Virus record (IMG/VR): IMGVR_UViG_2773857663_000001
Location: 1-64,000 of that record
Reading direction: 5' to 3' (one strand)
DNA: 64,000 bases
DNA from: a virus
Taxonomy: Duplodnaviria; Caudoviricetes
Below the pieces are notes generated by a model that was not told the origin of the DNA, did no database searches, and saw only the letters and a list, made by a program, of their open reading frames with translations. The number at the start of each line of letters is the position of its first letter. Within the stretch, counting starts at the first letter, position 1. Both the position numbers and the translations under genes were made by a program. Shown piece after piece: positions 39,281 to 49,603 of this stretch.

Positions 39281-41101
39281 GTGAGTTGGTTTGATGGAGA
39301 TTCCACGATTCAGCTATTCCCTAAAGACCTTGAAGCACTGTTTAACTCCAAGGGATGGGATACATTCATAAAGTACCGCTCCGTATCTCAAGACGGTCAG
39401 AAGTTCGCAGATGTCCGCTTGTTCCGGTCTCTCGGCTCGGACAACCAAATGCGGAACTTCGGCATGGTTTACGGATACGGCAAGAAAAGCAATCCAACCT
39501 TGGGCGAGCAAGAGTTTATTTCTCAGAACTCCGTACTTGGTGCGTTGATTGTAAACGAAACATTAAACACGAAGTTTCACTTCCAAGTGTTCCCTGTACT
39601 AAAAGATTCTGTCATCGTCTATAAGAACGGTAACGCTGTTGCTTCGACAGACTACGTTCTTGATGAAACGAACGGTATCATCACATTCACGTCCGCACCG
39701 TTGTCTACTGACGCAATTACAGCGAACTACTCCCCATCTCCAATCGCACCTCAGCCAGTGAAGCGTATGTACTTCTTCACATTCGATGATGTGCGGGGCG
39801 AACGAATCGTACAAGGCGTTAGCGGTTCTGTAGTCGTTGGTGACCCTGAATCCATTTTACCGGATGGTGATGGAACTCGTAAGTTGTTCCAGATCCCAAC
39901 GGTGGCGACGATTAAAGCGGATACTGTAAGGGTTTATGTGAATCAGGTTGAACAGGATTCAACGTTATACACAGTTGACTACACTAATAATAGTGTAACG
40001 TTCGTTGGCAAAGCACCAGACGCAGGCGCAGAATTACACGCTTCCTACATCAGAATTCTGAATGCCACTGGAAACGAAACACTGAATTACGGTGATATCA
40101 CAGTCAAGAACTTTGACCCCGATAAACCGAATGATCTAATGAACGCTGTTTACTCTTCCATTTACTACATCTACCCATCCCTACCAACGGCATTGTCATT
40201 CACTCCATTGCAGAACTTTGATAGAGGATGGCAACGTGATAGTACGATGTACTATTGGGGGAATGTAACCAAAGACCGAATCGTAATGTTTTTCCGTCCA
40301 GATCCTACTCCGGGCGCTGAGAATACTTACTTCGCTCCATTGTACATCGGGCGGCTAACGACTCTTGGTAAGTCCCCTCGCAAAAACAATGTCATTATTT
40401 CTGGTTGTCGGGAAGCAGACGAAGTTGTATGGAAGAAAGACATGAAGTTGGGTGCGATTTACGTCGACTACGGTAACAACACATCCAACGGAAACCGCGG
40501 GGTACAGCTTCAACAGTCCATCGGTGGTACATACTACCAACAGCATTACCTCGCGTTCATAACGCACGATAAGAACGTTGATGCGGGTGAGTCCCGATTT
40601 AATCCATCGGTTTATAGTGGTAAGTATCACATCTCCCCGATGTACATTGTTCACCCGAATGATGGTTTTGTAGGTAAGCTGGATGAATGTTATGCCGTAC
40701 ACCCTAAGAACATTTCCCAACTCGATGAACTTGAGGTTGTGGAGACATCCGACCATGAGGAATTAGGCAAGGGTACTGGTTTTAACAAAGTATTCCATAT
40801 GGCGCACTCACCTTCGCTGAAGGATGACGGAACTCCGTTTAAGTTGGAAGTTCAGGTGGATTGCGTAGACCAAGTACTCGGCACAGACTATACGGTTGAT
40901 ATCGAGACGAAGACAATTAACTTCCTTGAAGGAAAAGCACCTGCGGCCGAATCGGAAGTCCTTGCTACTTATGAGTACAAGCAACTATACCGCTACACGT
41001 TAGCAGACACACCTGTCAGCCCGTTCACGCTGGCTAACATGTCACCGTTTGCTCCAATCGGTCTAGGCATCCTGAAAGAAACGTTGAAAAAGAATTCGTA
41101 A
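39281..41101 (+). CDS. Structural protein with DUF2460-like beta modules, distant paralog
   Basis: FNPSVYSGKYH and VHPNDG; three GDG...V.VN....Y.VD...ITF...P modules. Confidence 0.8.
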   Translation: MSWFDGDSTIQLFPKDLEALFNSKGWDTFIKYRSVSQDGQKFADVRLFRSLGSDNQMRNFGMVYGYGKKSNPTLGEQEFISQNSVLGALIVNETLNTKFHFQVFPVLKDSVIVYKNGNAVASTDYVLDETNGIITFTSAPLSTDAITANYSPSPIAPQPVKRMYFFTFDDVRGERIVQGVSGSVVVGDPESILPDGDGTRKLFQIPTVATIKADTVRVYVNQVEQDSTLYTVDYTNNSVTFVGKAPDAGAELHASYIRILNATGNETLNYGDITVKNFDPDKPNDLMNAVYSSIYYIYPSLPTALSFTPLQNFDRGWQRDSTMYYWGNVTKDRIVMFFRPDPTPGAENTYFAPLYIGRLTTLGKSPRKNNVIISGCREADEVVWKKDMKLGAIYVDYGNNTSNGNRGVQLQQSIGGTYYQQHYLAFITHDKNVDAGESRFNPSVYSGKYHISPMYIVHPNDGFVGKLDECYAVHPKNISQLDELEVVETSDHEELGKGTGFNKVFHMAHSPSLKDDGTPFKLEVQVDCVDQVLGTDYTVDIETKTINFLEGKAPAAESEVLATYEYKQLYRYTLADTPVSPFTLANMSPFAPIGLGILKETLKKNS

Positions 41102-41127
41102 TAAATAGCAAGGGAGGTTGGCGGTGA

Positions 41128-44100
41128 ATGATGAACGGTAAGAAATCTTACCTGATCAGCTTCACCGCCCTTTTTTCTAGAAAGGGCTATGAACTGACAA
41201 TTGGGTTTGAGCAGATTATCAATGCTAATAATCAATATCACCTGACCGCTCCCGTTAACAGTACCTATCGAACACTGATTGAAGATACCATGAAGAGTAC
41301 AAATAAAGTACCTCACTCGGCTACCGGATTATTCGGGCGGCTAGGGAGTGCTGGATACGTCACTCAGTATGACGGCTTTGAGGCGGAGACTGTGGTTGCT
41401 TCTATTGTATCGTACCTGTCGGGCATCCATAAGTACTTTAACGGCGAAACAGTCCCGGACGTAACAACAGAAGAACAACAGAGCGTACGTAGACTAGAAC
41501 AGCTGTTTGATGCTGAAGGTACGGGGGTGAGCAAAGGCAGTCGTACAGACCATCTGGCACTTCTTGACGAATTATCCTCAAGTGATCTTTATGACGTGAA
41601 GGTCTCCATTGAGGAAGGGAACAGAGTATCCATTTCACTATCTAATAAGCAGAGTGTTATTCATGCTTTGGAGTCCAATACCTCAGGAATATCAGCGGAC
41701 GCTCAAAAGTCAGGCTTCGACACGGCTGAGAATGGGGTTCGCCTTAATGCGGAAAAAGGTCGGGCGGTTTTGTCGAACATTGTAAGAAACATCTTGGACG
41801 GGGAGATTGCTTTACTGAGCACTGTTACCCATGACCCTAACATCACGATGCAAGGAGAAACTGCCCGTTTCAAGTCAGCAGAGGTTGGTATGTACAGGGC
41901 AGACGGAGAATCCTATCCGTTTGAGTATGCAATCATTGTGAGTGAAAGTAAGGAGTTCGGTTACGAACTTGCTGAGATTAGTACCAAGGATTCTTCCCTT
42001 AAAGGGTACGAATTGGCTGATACAAGGCAAGAGGGACCTCTTGAAAATATCGAAGAAGCACGGCGGCTGGAAGTCACGGAGGACGCATTTCTGTCACAGA
42101 CAGAGAACGCAGTATCCGACATGGCTTTTGATGCACAAGACGTAGCGTATATTCATGCAGAGAAGCAGAATGAAGCAGACCTGACGCTAACTACGCTGAC
42201 AGATACTTACGGCGGCGGGGATGCAGAGGTAAACGAGAGCATTGTAACAGAGACGCTTTACCATGACCCGACGATGCTGAGTGAATTTATCATGGTAGAC
42301 ACGCACAAGGATACTCACCTTGAGACTTTTACCCAAATGTACACCTATCAGAATGTTGATGTGCAGGAGTTTGGGCAGACAGATACGGTCATGCAAGCCA
42401 GCCAGCAGGATACGATGACAGGCGACCTCATTCACCCCCTCTATGAAGGGGGGATTGATGGGGTGCTCACTCAAGGCGAGACCGTACACGATTCTAATTT
42501 ACATGAGAGCATTGCCTACGAAACGTTGGTTCATGAGCCTGCACACCTTGACTTGTATACCGAATCGACAACCCGTGAGGACGTTTACATCATGGAGTCG
42601 TCCAGTCAAGCTACCAAACATGTCAAGGATGCTAGAATCGAAACCACGCAGACCGTGGACAAAAGGGCAACAGCAGAACTTCAGGAGTTCTTTACGTATG
42701 AGACAAGGCGGGACGGGCAGTTTGAGACCATTGAAGTAACTGACAGCCAGTCGGGTTCGTTTCTGGAAATTGACCGGATAAGCACTGCTGACACTCTGCA
42801 GGAGGGCGGGGTCATCCCTGCATTGGAGAGTGGCAAGGTAGAGATGGACTACGATGCAAGAACAGATGGATTAGAACAATCGTTCTACTTCGATAAGGGC
42901 GGTGCAATCACCTTCTTTACAGGCGCATCGAGCATTGCAAACGGTGCTGAGAATCGTCTTGAGTCGGCAGAGTACACTTCGGACGCATGGGAAAATGAGA
43001 ACATTACAAAAGCTTCCAGCGACTCTGAAGCCGAAGGTAGACTAGAGTTCTCTTCACAGGCAGTAGTCAATCAGGCGTACGCCGCTGACATGGAGACGGA
43101 GACAGATGCCGAACACCTCATAAGCAGTAGTAGTGATATCCAACTTGTGACCAACGCTGAGATTTATGTGGGCGGCGACCCACTGGTAGATAGATTCATG
43201 AGCGCAGATCATGTCAGCGACTGGACGGACGCAGAGGTAGAAGAGATGACGGGTGCAGAAGTCACGGAGCGTATGCAAGCTGAAGTCCAATCCTTGGTTA
43301 CGTTCGAGCAGATACAAGGCGTGATTGCGGAGTCTCCTGAAATCCTTAAGACTGTGCGTCTCATGGAGATTATGTATGGCTCGAAAGCTGTCGATTTAAT
43401 CGAAGCTGGCATGGAGAACATCATCCAAGACAGCATCACTCAAGGCTTTACTCAAGCCGACTTCCCTGCCATCACACAAGCTGTGATTGAAAGAATGAAA
43501 CAGGCGGGCGCAGGTGTGACGGTCGTCGCCACCAATCAGGATGAAGTACAGGCAGAGCATAACAAAGGGGCAGAACTTGCTATAGAAAATCCTTCTACTG
43601 GACGGTACATCAACGAACCGGAAGGAACGATGCCGCGGGAATTGTCAGGAGCATCTTTATTCGACTTCCACCGGACAGCAGACGTGTCTGAGATTGGTCG
43701 GGCTATCTCTGAAGCGAACAAGCACATCGGCATTATGCAGACGATTGAATCGGCAGAGCAGACTACATTCGGAGAAGGGCTGAGACCGAACACGTTGACT
43801 GCTGCAGAGTCTGACATTACCAAGGACGGCGTAGAACATTTCCCTGAGACAGCAGTATCCGACCCAACCGCTGAAGGCGTGGTCGCAGGGATTGAGACAG
43901 GTTGGGCGGACATGGAGTATGACGGGGTGATGGAAAGACCGGAAACGGCTGACCATATGACCAGTGCAGAAGGTCTCATGCAGGAGACGGTGACAGCAGA
44001 GCAGTCAGATGCCAAGCAGGTCGGCTATGAGCACAAACCGGAGACTGCAGTCAATGAAACAGGCAGAGACGGAGTATGGTTCGGCATTGAGTTAGCTGAA

Positions 44101-44997
44101 CAGCGGGCGGACAAAGAAGGCGTGACCCATGAAATCGCAGGCGCTCGAATTAGTGACGGAAACTCTCCATCTATCCTCCATGAAATTGAAGGTGCTTGGC
44201 AGAGCGATGCGGCAAGAGAGTCCGTTTTACACGAACTGGAATCAGTAACCTACGGTGACAGAGAGTACGAGATGGAAGAGGCCAAACTGGAAGGGGCAAC
44301 GCAGAACAAGTCTACAGATGCAGTGCTGTCTGAGATTGAAGGGGCAACATCCTTTACTTCAGAGGAAGCTGGCGTTCTCGGGTTAGAATCCGCAGATTAC
44401 CCTGACGGTTCTACAGAGGGCGTTATTCATGAGGTTGAGTCGGCTTATCTTGATGATAGCAGGAATGTCGGAACTATTTCGGAAATGGAGACAGCAACAT
44501 CGACAACCAATGCGGAAGCCATCGTCCATAAATCTGAGCAAGCTACGAGCGGCAAGGAGATGAACGCCGTTATTCAGGAAGAAGAACTCGCTGACTACAG
44601 TTCGTATCAAAACGAATCGGTCATCGAGGAACTGGATTCGGCCACACGGAAGAGGAAACAGCTTGTGACCGATATTCATGACGACACTGAATCTGTGAAT
44701 AACCGTGAACCTATCGAGACGAACATCGCTGAACCGGAAGAAGCCGCTAGACCAACCAAGGCGGTAGAGATCGGTATTGAGAAGTCAGAAGAAGCCGACA
44801 GACCTAAGCGTGTCTTTGAAGTCGATATTGAGAAAGCGGAAGGCGCGACACGACCTAAACGTGAAATTGAGACGACGATTGAGAGAACGGAGGGCGGCAT
44901 CCTGAAGACTCCTGAAGAACCGAAGAAACCTCGCATCTGGCTCATTCTTGGTAAGATCGCTTCTTGGAGTATCTGGAACTGGAAGAAAACAAGGTAG
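41128..44997 (+). CDS. Very acidic repetitive protein, 1289 aa
   Basis: E/D/T/S-rich quasi-repeats; 17-aa repeats near the end; basic Trp-rich C-terminus. Confidence 0.8.
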   Translation: MMNGKKSYLISFTALFSRKGYELTIGFEQIINANNQYHLTAPVNSTYRTLIEDTMKSTNKVPHSATGLFGRLGSAGYVTQYDGFEAETVVASIVSYLSGIHKYFNGETVPDVTTEEQQSVRRLEQLFDAEGTGVSKGSRTDHLALLDELSSSDLYDVKVSIEEGNRVSISLSNKQSVIHALESNTSGISADAQKSGFDTAENGVRLNAEKGRAVLSNIVRNILDGEIALLSTVTHDPNITMQGETARFKSAEVGMYRADGESYPFEYAIIVSESKEFGYELAEISTKDSSLKGYELADTRQEGPLENIEEARRLEVTEDAFLSQTENAVSDMAFDAQDVAYIHAEKQNEADLTLTTLTDTYGGGDAEVNESIVTETLYHDPTMLSEFIMVDTHKDTHLETFTQMYTYQNVDVQEFGQTDTVMQASQQDTMTGDLIHPLYEGGIDGVLTQGETVHDSNLHESIAYETLVHEPAHLDLYTESTTREDVYIMESSSQATKHVKDARIETTQTVDKRATAELQEFFTYETRRDGQFETIEVTDSQSGSFLEIDRISTADTLQEGGVIPALESGKVEMDYDARTDGLEQSFYFDKGGAITFFTGASSIANGAENRLESAEYTSDAWENENITKASSDSEAEGRLEFSSQAVVNQAYAADMETETDAEHLISSSSDIQLVTNAEIYVGGDPLVDRFMSADHVSDWTDAEVEEMTGAEVTERMQAEVQSLVTFEQIQGVIAESPEILKTVRLMEIMYGSKAVDLIEAGMENIIQDSITQGFTQADFPAITQAVIERMKQAGAGVTVVATNQDEVQAEHNKGAELAIENPSTGRYINEPEGTMPRELSGASLFDFHRTADVSEIGRAISEANKHIGIMQTIESAEQTTFGEGLRPNTLTAAESDITKDGVEHFPETAVSDPTAEGVVAGIETGWADMEYDGVMERPETADHMTSAEGLMQETVTAEQSDAKQVGYEHKPETAVNETGRDGVWFGIELAEQRADKEGVTHEIAGARISDGNSPSILHEIEGAWQSDAARESVLHELESVTYGDREYEMEEAKLEGATQNKSTDAVLSEIEGATSFTSEEAGVLGLESADYPDGSTEGVIHEVESAYLDDSRNVGTISEMETATSTTNAEAIVHKSEQATSGKEMNAVIQEEELADYSSYQNESVIEELDSATRKRKQLVTDIHDDTESVNNREPIETNIAEPEEAARPTKAVEIGIEKSEEADRPKRVFEVDIEKAEGATRPKREIETTIERTEGGILKTPEEPKKPRIWLILGKIASWSIWNWKKTR

Positions 44998-45007
44998 GTG
45001 ATAATAA

Positions 45008-46090
45008 TTGGGAATCTATAAAAAGTCGAGTGGCTTAATCTTCGATGATAGGTTCGATAGCGGGAGCATCCATTCCCGCTATACCCTTTCACCTAGTGAT
45101 GCTATTTCAATCGACAATACTTTGGGTCAGGTCATTATGCCGCACACAGACAACGATACTTCTATCATGTTTGACGTTCCTGAAGAGCAGACCGTTTTAA
45201 TGGAAGTGACAGCAGACTATGTGCCTACGGAACTTCTCGATGAAGGCGGTATTATCATCTGGGAAGATGGATACCACCGCTTGGAGTTTCTTGAGAGTAA
45301 GGACACAACCACAAGAGAGTACAGCAAATGGCGGGCTTTGAAGAAAGGAAATAAGTGGACGTTCTATGCAGACCGCGGAAGTGGGTGGGAGATATTCGAC
45401 ACCGCTCCTATGGTAGCTGAGAAGATGGGAGTCATCCTGAAGAATCGTGAGCAGGATAACTTCGATACGATTAATCTTGATAGAGTCGTAGTCTGCAAGA
45501 GTGACAAGATTACAGTAGGTAATCTACCAATGGGGTACTCTGTTTACCTTTGTGACCCTGATGGTAATTCGGTGGCTTCGGCTGTAGTCGAACCAAACTG
45601 GACGGGGTGTGAGATTGAACTACCCGCTGTCCCGTACAACGGCATTATTAGAGTCTATGATACGCAAGGGACGCTCCTGTCCAGCCTTGGTGCTTTCGAT
45701 ATCTATGGTGGCGATATTTACCTGTTCGGTACAGAACTGAAGGTCGTCTGGAATGGTAAAGAACTTAACAAGGAGACCGACACGTATCTTGGAACTATGT
45801 ACGACAATCAGATTCTTGTTCAGATGATACTACAGAACCCTTCCAAGGAGAAGCCTGCAAAAACTATATCCCTTGGTATCCTAAAGTATATGGAGACGTT
45901 TGGGTATGAGTGGGCAGATATTTGCCATGATGATGGAGCAGATATGCCGACAGGAGCGTTCTCGAAGCTATTGGATATGGGTAACTTGCCACCGCTAGGA
46001 GAACGCAAGTTCTGGATGAAAGTAGAGAGAATGGAAGACCGATTCCAGATTAAACCCCTGCACTTCATTCTGGACATTAACCACACGTAA
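45008..46090 (+). CDS. Lectin-like (ConA-type) structural protein
   Basis: GLIFDDRF...K.GNKWTFY....G.GW domain plus C-terminal Ig-like domain. Confidence 0.7.
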   Translation: MGIYKKSSGLIFDDRFDSGSIHSRYTLSPSDAISIDNTLGQVIMPHTDNDTSIMFDVPEEQTVLMEVTADYVPTELLDEGGIIIWEDGYHRLEFLESKDTTTREYSKWRALKKGNKWTFYADRGSGWEIFDTAPMVAEKMGVILKNREQDNFDTINLDRVVVCKSDKITVGNLPMGYSVYLCDPDGNSVASAVVEPNWTGCEIELPAVPYNGIIRVYDTQGTLLSSLGAFDIYGGDIYLFGTELKVVWNGKELNKETDTYLGTMYDNQILVQMILQNPSKEKPAKTISLGILKYMETFGYEWADICHDDGADMPTGAFSKLLDMGNLPPLGERKFWMKVERMEDRFQIKPLHFILDINHT

Positions 46091-46104
46091 GGAGGTGAGC
46101 GTGG

Positions 46105-46944
46105 ATGGCAGGAACTAAGATGACCCTTCGCCGCTACGGTGGCGGGGAGTTTCAGTATTGGGACGAGCAGGAAATCATTGTGGACGAGCAGTACCTTGCG
46201 TTAGAGCGTGGATTATTCCTTTACCTTGATTATGAATACCGGATGGGTACGAAGCAGTTGGATGTTTACTTTAACGGAGCACACTTGCTGGAAGGCGGCG
46301 GCTACGAAGAGATTGACTCGACAACTATCCGTCTGGACCTGGGCAAGTATCAAGGAGACACGCCGTATGCTGGACAGACTGTACAGCTACAGGTTGGCGA
46401 TGAAATCCTTATCAGGATTTGGAAACCGGAATACCGCCAAGGAAATGGCAACATTGATGGGTTCAGGTTCTTGGCTCTGGAAGAAGAGGTACATAAGGCT
46501 AGGCAATACAAGGACGGACATGTCCCCTTCAATAGCCTTGACGACCGTCTCGATTCTATTGAGCGGCGGGCTGAATCAAAGACAATGGTGTTCGTCCTGA
46601 GTCGGGTATTTGATGGTATAGCCAAGCTAGTCATGAGATTCCCGTATGAGGGAGATATCACTGAGGTTTATGCTTCCACTTCCCGTGAAGGGATAGCAGA
46701 CACCGCATTCCAGATTGAAAAGTGTTCTCAGGAAAGCTATGACAGCGCAACCCCTGTGTGGGAGACAATCTTCCATACCAACCTTGTCGTGGATGGGGAT
46801 GAGCGTTCAAGTAGAACGTCAAGTAGACCTTATGCTGTATCCGTTCCTCGAATTAATAAGGATGATCATTTTCGCGTTAACGTGGTCGAACGGGGCGAAG
46901 GCATTGAAGGCGTCACTATAGAACTAGTGATTCGGCTGAGGTAG
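46105..46944 (+). CDS. Hypothetical tail/fibre protein
   Basis: Strong SD; LDVYFNG....G.GYEEID.TTI module; SLDDRLD coiled segment. Confidence 0.75.
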   Translation: MAGTKMTLRRYGGGEFQYWDEQEIIVDEQYLALERGLFLYLDYEYRMGTKQLDVYFNGAHLLEGGGYEEIDSTTIRLDLGKYQGDTPYAGQTVQLQVGDEILIRIWKPEYRQGNGNIDGFRFLALEEEVHKARQYKDGHVPFNSLDDRLDSIERRAESKTMVFVLSRVFDGIAKLVMRFPYEGDITEVYASTSREGIADTAFQIEKCSQESYDSATPVWETIFHTNLVVDGDERSSRTSSRPYAVSVPRINKDDHFRVNVVERGEGIEGVTIELVIRLR

Positions 46945-47047
46945 TACCTTAGTCTACCATCTATCAATAAAATGTGGGATTACTTGCTTATAATGTATCT
47001 GCGGTAAAGGAAGACACCGCAAAATGATAATAAGAGAGGTGAAAGAT

Positions 47048-48277
47048 ATGGCAGGAACTAGAGGTATTGCAAGATTCCGTGGCGAGCAGTTGAACAACAA
47101 GTTGATGCGTAACAACCACTTCGATGTTGCCAACAAAATCAATGAGAAGTACGTAGACATTGATTTCCACGCTCACCGTGAGATTTTGGAAGATACGAAG
47201 ATTGACGTATTGGTGCAGAAGAATGGGGCGGTTGTCGGTGCGGGTGTAAACTTTATCGACATTACGAATGACATTCTGAACACGAACGTAGCTGTCGATT
47301 CCAGTACCGAAGGTACGGTTGTCGGCGTAGCTATTCAACTCCGTAAGAACGGGACGGAAGACTTCCCACTTATCGATGAAGACGGGGATAGAGTTTACGG
47401 TAAGGTACGTGAAACAACAGGTAAATACTTCTTAGACTTCTTCAGTGAAGTTAATGGAGCAGAAGTCGCTTACACGTTCACTGAAGCTGAAACAATCGAC
47501 TTCAAGTACATTACACGTACTAACCTGTCTGTAATCCCAGTGGATGCTATTGTTAACGGCGGGGCAGGTTTTGTAGCCGATGCAGTCGATGCAGAAGCAT
47601 ACATGAACCTTCGCCAGTTAATGAAGGACATTTATGGCGGTGCTGGTACACTGGATAACGATGGAAACGCTAACCTTGGCACATCCGTTGTTACCCAAAT
47701 TGCTAACGAAGTACAAGCTCGGACGGACGCCGATACATTGATTCGTAGTGACCTTGCTTCTACTGCAGCACTGAAGGGCGCAAGCCTTGTAGGTGTTATT
47801 GTGGATGCTAATTACACCGGCGTAACGGTGCAAGCGGTTCTATCTAATCTGGCTTCCCGACTGAAATCCACAGAAGACCTAACCTCCGGTATTGCTGACC
47901 GTGAAGCGGACTCCGCTAACGGTTACTTCCAAGCTGGTGACTTTGGCACGGCTGAGGGTCGTATCGTTGACCTTGAGGCGGTAGCTGACGCAGAGTTTAA
48001 GGCTCAGGCTGACCGCTTGGATAAACTGGAAGGGGAGGAAGAAGAGGTAGTCTATGAAGCAGTTGGTGGCGAGACTGAGTATGTGTTCTTGAACGGCTTG
48101 GCTAAACCAAAGACTGTGCTTCTTTTCATCAACGGTCAGGTTCAAACTCCGGGCATCAACTTCGAGTACTTGACTAATGCCGACGGGGAGATTCGGGGCG
48201 TTAACTTTGCACCTGAAACCCTGAAGGTTGTTGAAGGAACTCCTGACGTTCTGTACATCAAGTACAAGCGTCTGTAA
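47048..48277 (+). CDS. Hypothetical fibre protein with coiled-coil shaft
   Basis: SD GAGGTG before ATG 47048; EVQAR..AD and GASLVG...TVQAVL fibre motifs; C-terminal FING.VQ..G module. Confidence 0.75.
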   Translation: MAGTRGIARFRGEQLNNKLMRNNHFDVANKINEKYVDIDFHAHREILEDTKIDVLVQKNGAVVGAGVNFIDITNDILNTNVAVDSSTEGTVVGVAIQLRKNGTEDFPLIDEDGDRVYGKVRETTGKYFLDFFSEVNGAEVAYTFTEAETIDFKYITRTNLSVIPVDAIVNGGAGFVADAVDAEAYMNLRQLMKDIYGGAGTLDNDGNANLGTSVVTQIANEVQARTDADTLIRSDLASTAALKGASLVGVIVDANYTGVTVQAVLSNLASRLKSTEDLTSGIADREADSANGYFQAGDFGTAEGRIVDLEAVADAEFKAQADRLDKLEGEEEEVVYEAVGGETEYVFLNGLAKPKTVLLFINGQVQTPGINFEYLTNADGEIRGVNFAPETLKVVEGTPDVLYIKYKRL

Positions 48278-48278
48278 T

Positions 48279-48303
48279 AAAAAGACCCCAACTGGGGTTT
48301 TTT
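48279..48303 (+). terminator. Intrinsic terminator
   Basis: AAAAGACCCCA-ac-TGGGGTTTTTT. Confidence 0.75.
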
Positions 48304-48446
48304 ATTTGCAACTTTATATAAACGTAGACCGACAACTATAGAGACAGTGCATTACACAGCAATTGTTAAGGTTTCACCTGATCAACCTATATTGATTATA
48401 GCTTGACAGAACGAGTCGAGAACTAACAATTAAGGGAGGAAACAAA

Positions 48447-48914
48447 ATGCCAGCACCAGTTGTATCTTGGTATTCTGAAGACAATACGTCCCAAGTAACA
48501 CAGTGGGATATCGGAACGGTTGACGCAGGTTCTACTTCACCATCTAAGACAGTGCTCATTTGGAATAACCGTGGACAAGCCACTCCGGTTTCAGACATGA
48601 CGGCTTGCACAATTACGACTAAGGATAGCGCAGGTGGTAACACAGGCGAGTTGGTTACGAACACTTGGATTCAAGTGCGTGTTGATTCTCTTGCTGAATC
48701 TTCCTTCACTTCCATCGGAGGTACGGTAACGAAAGATATCCGTGCAACCGACCAAACCGTAGGGGCGGGCGTAATCTCTGGTGCAGTAAACGGTGGCGAC
48801 CACAACGTAGATAAGAAGAATTTTTCACAAGTGACTCTTCGTGCATATGTACCGCCAACAGCGACCGCAGGTCTTGTCAACTTCTTGACACGTGTCTCCT
48901 ACCAGTACGTGTAA
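48447..48914 (+). CDS. Small Ig-like structural protein (155 aa)
   Basis: Strong SD AAGGGAGG; WDIGTVDAG..S...LIWNN motif. Confidence 0.8.
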   Translation: MPAPVVSWYSEDNTSQVTQWDIGTVDAGSTSPSKTVLIWNNRGQATPVSDMTACTITTKDSAGGNTGELVTNTWIQVRVDSLAESSFTSIGGTVTKDIRATDQTVGAGVISGAVNGGDHNVDKKNFSQVTLRAYVPPTATAGLVNFLTRVSYQYV

Positions 48915-48948
48915 GATTTTATTTTCAATGTGATAGGGGGCAACGAAA

Positions 48949-49554
48949 ATGTCATTCCAGCAATACAATCGTTCCCCTGTAGGTCAGGACTACATTTGGA
49001 TGGGTGAGTACAATGACGGTACTCACCTATCTGAGTTTAACTTTGACACACAGGCTGAGAATAGCTTCTATGATATCGACAAAAGCAGGCTTGCAAGGTT
49101 TGGGCTAGTCGGTCACGGGATGAAGCTGTTCTTTGAGAAGGACGGCATCTTTAACTTGAACGGTACTCCGGTAGAAGTTATCTACCGTGTGGGCGATAAG
49201 GACTATCCCCTGACTGGCAGGTTCGGTCAATACAAGGATATCATTACCTACAAAGATGCAGAAGCCACGCTGGTTCTTGGAAGCCAGGGAGCACAAGGCG
49301 GGGCATTGAATCCAACAATCCAGCAGTACAATTTTGGTTATAAGTCCACTCTCGAAGCGGACGGAATCACCTTTAAATTCAAGGCGGTCTGCACCGTACC
49401 ATACGGAAGGCAGATGTTCATGAATTTCCGGTTGGTTGCTGACGAGAAATTGGACGGGCAGTTGGTCATTCTCCGTAATGGTCAAACTGAAGTCAATTTA
49501 GAAGCACCTCTTAAAAAGGGCGTAGGTGGAGAAGTCAACTGGATTGTAGGTTAA
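48949..49554 (+). CDS. Hypothetical protein
   Basis: 201-aa ORF with SD AGGGGG. Confidence 0.75.
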   Translation: MSFQQYNRSPVGQDYIWMGEYNDGTHLSEFNFDTQAENSFYDIDKSRLARFGLVGHGMKLFFEKDGIFNLNGTPVEVIYRVGDKDYPLTGRFGQYKDIITYKDAEATLVLGSQGAQGGALNPTIQQYNFGYKSTLEADGITFKFKAVCTVPYGRQMFMNFRLVADEKLDGQLVILRNGQTEVNLEAPLKKGVGGEVNWIVG

Positions 49555-49603
49555 TCAGATGGCGGATAACACCCGCCCTTTTTATTATAAGTGAGGTGAG
49601 AGT

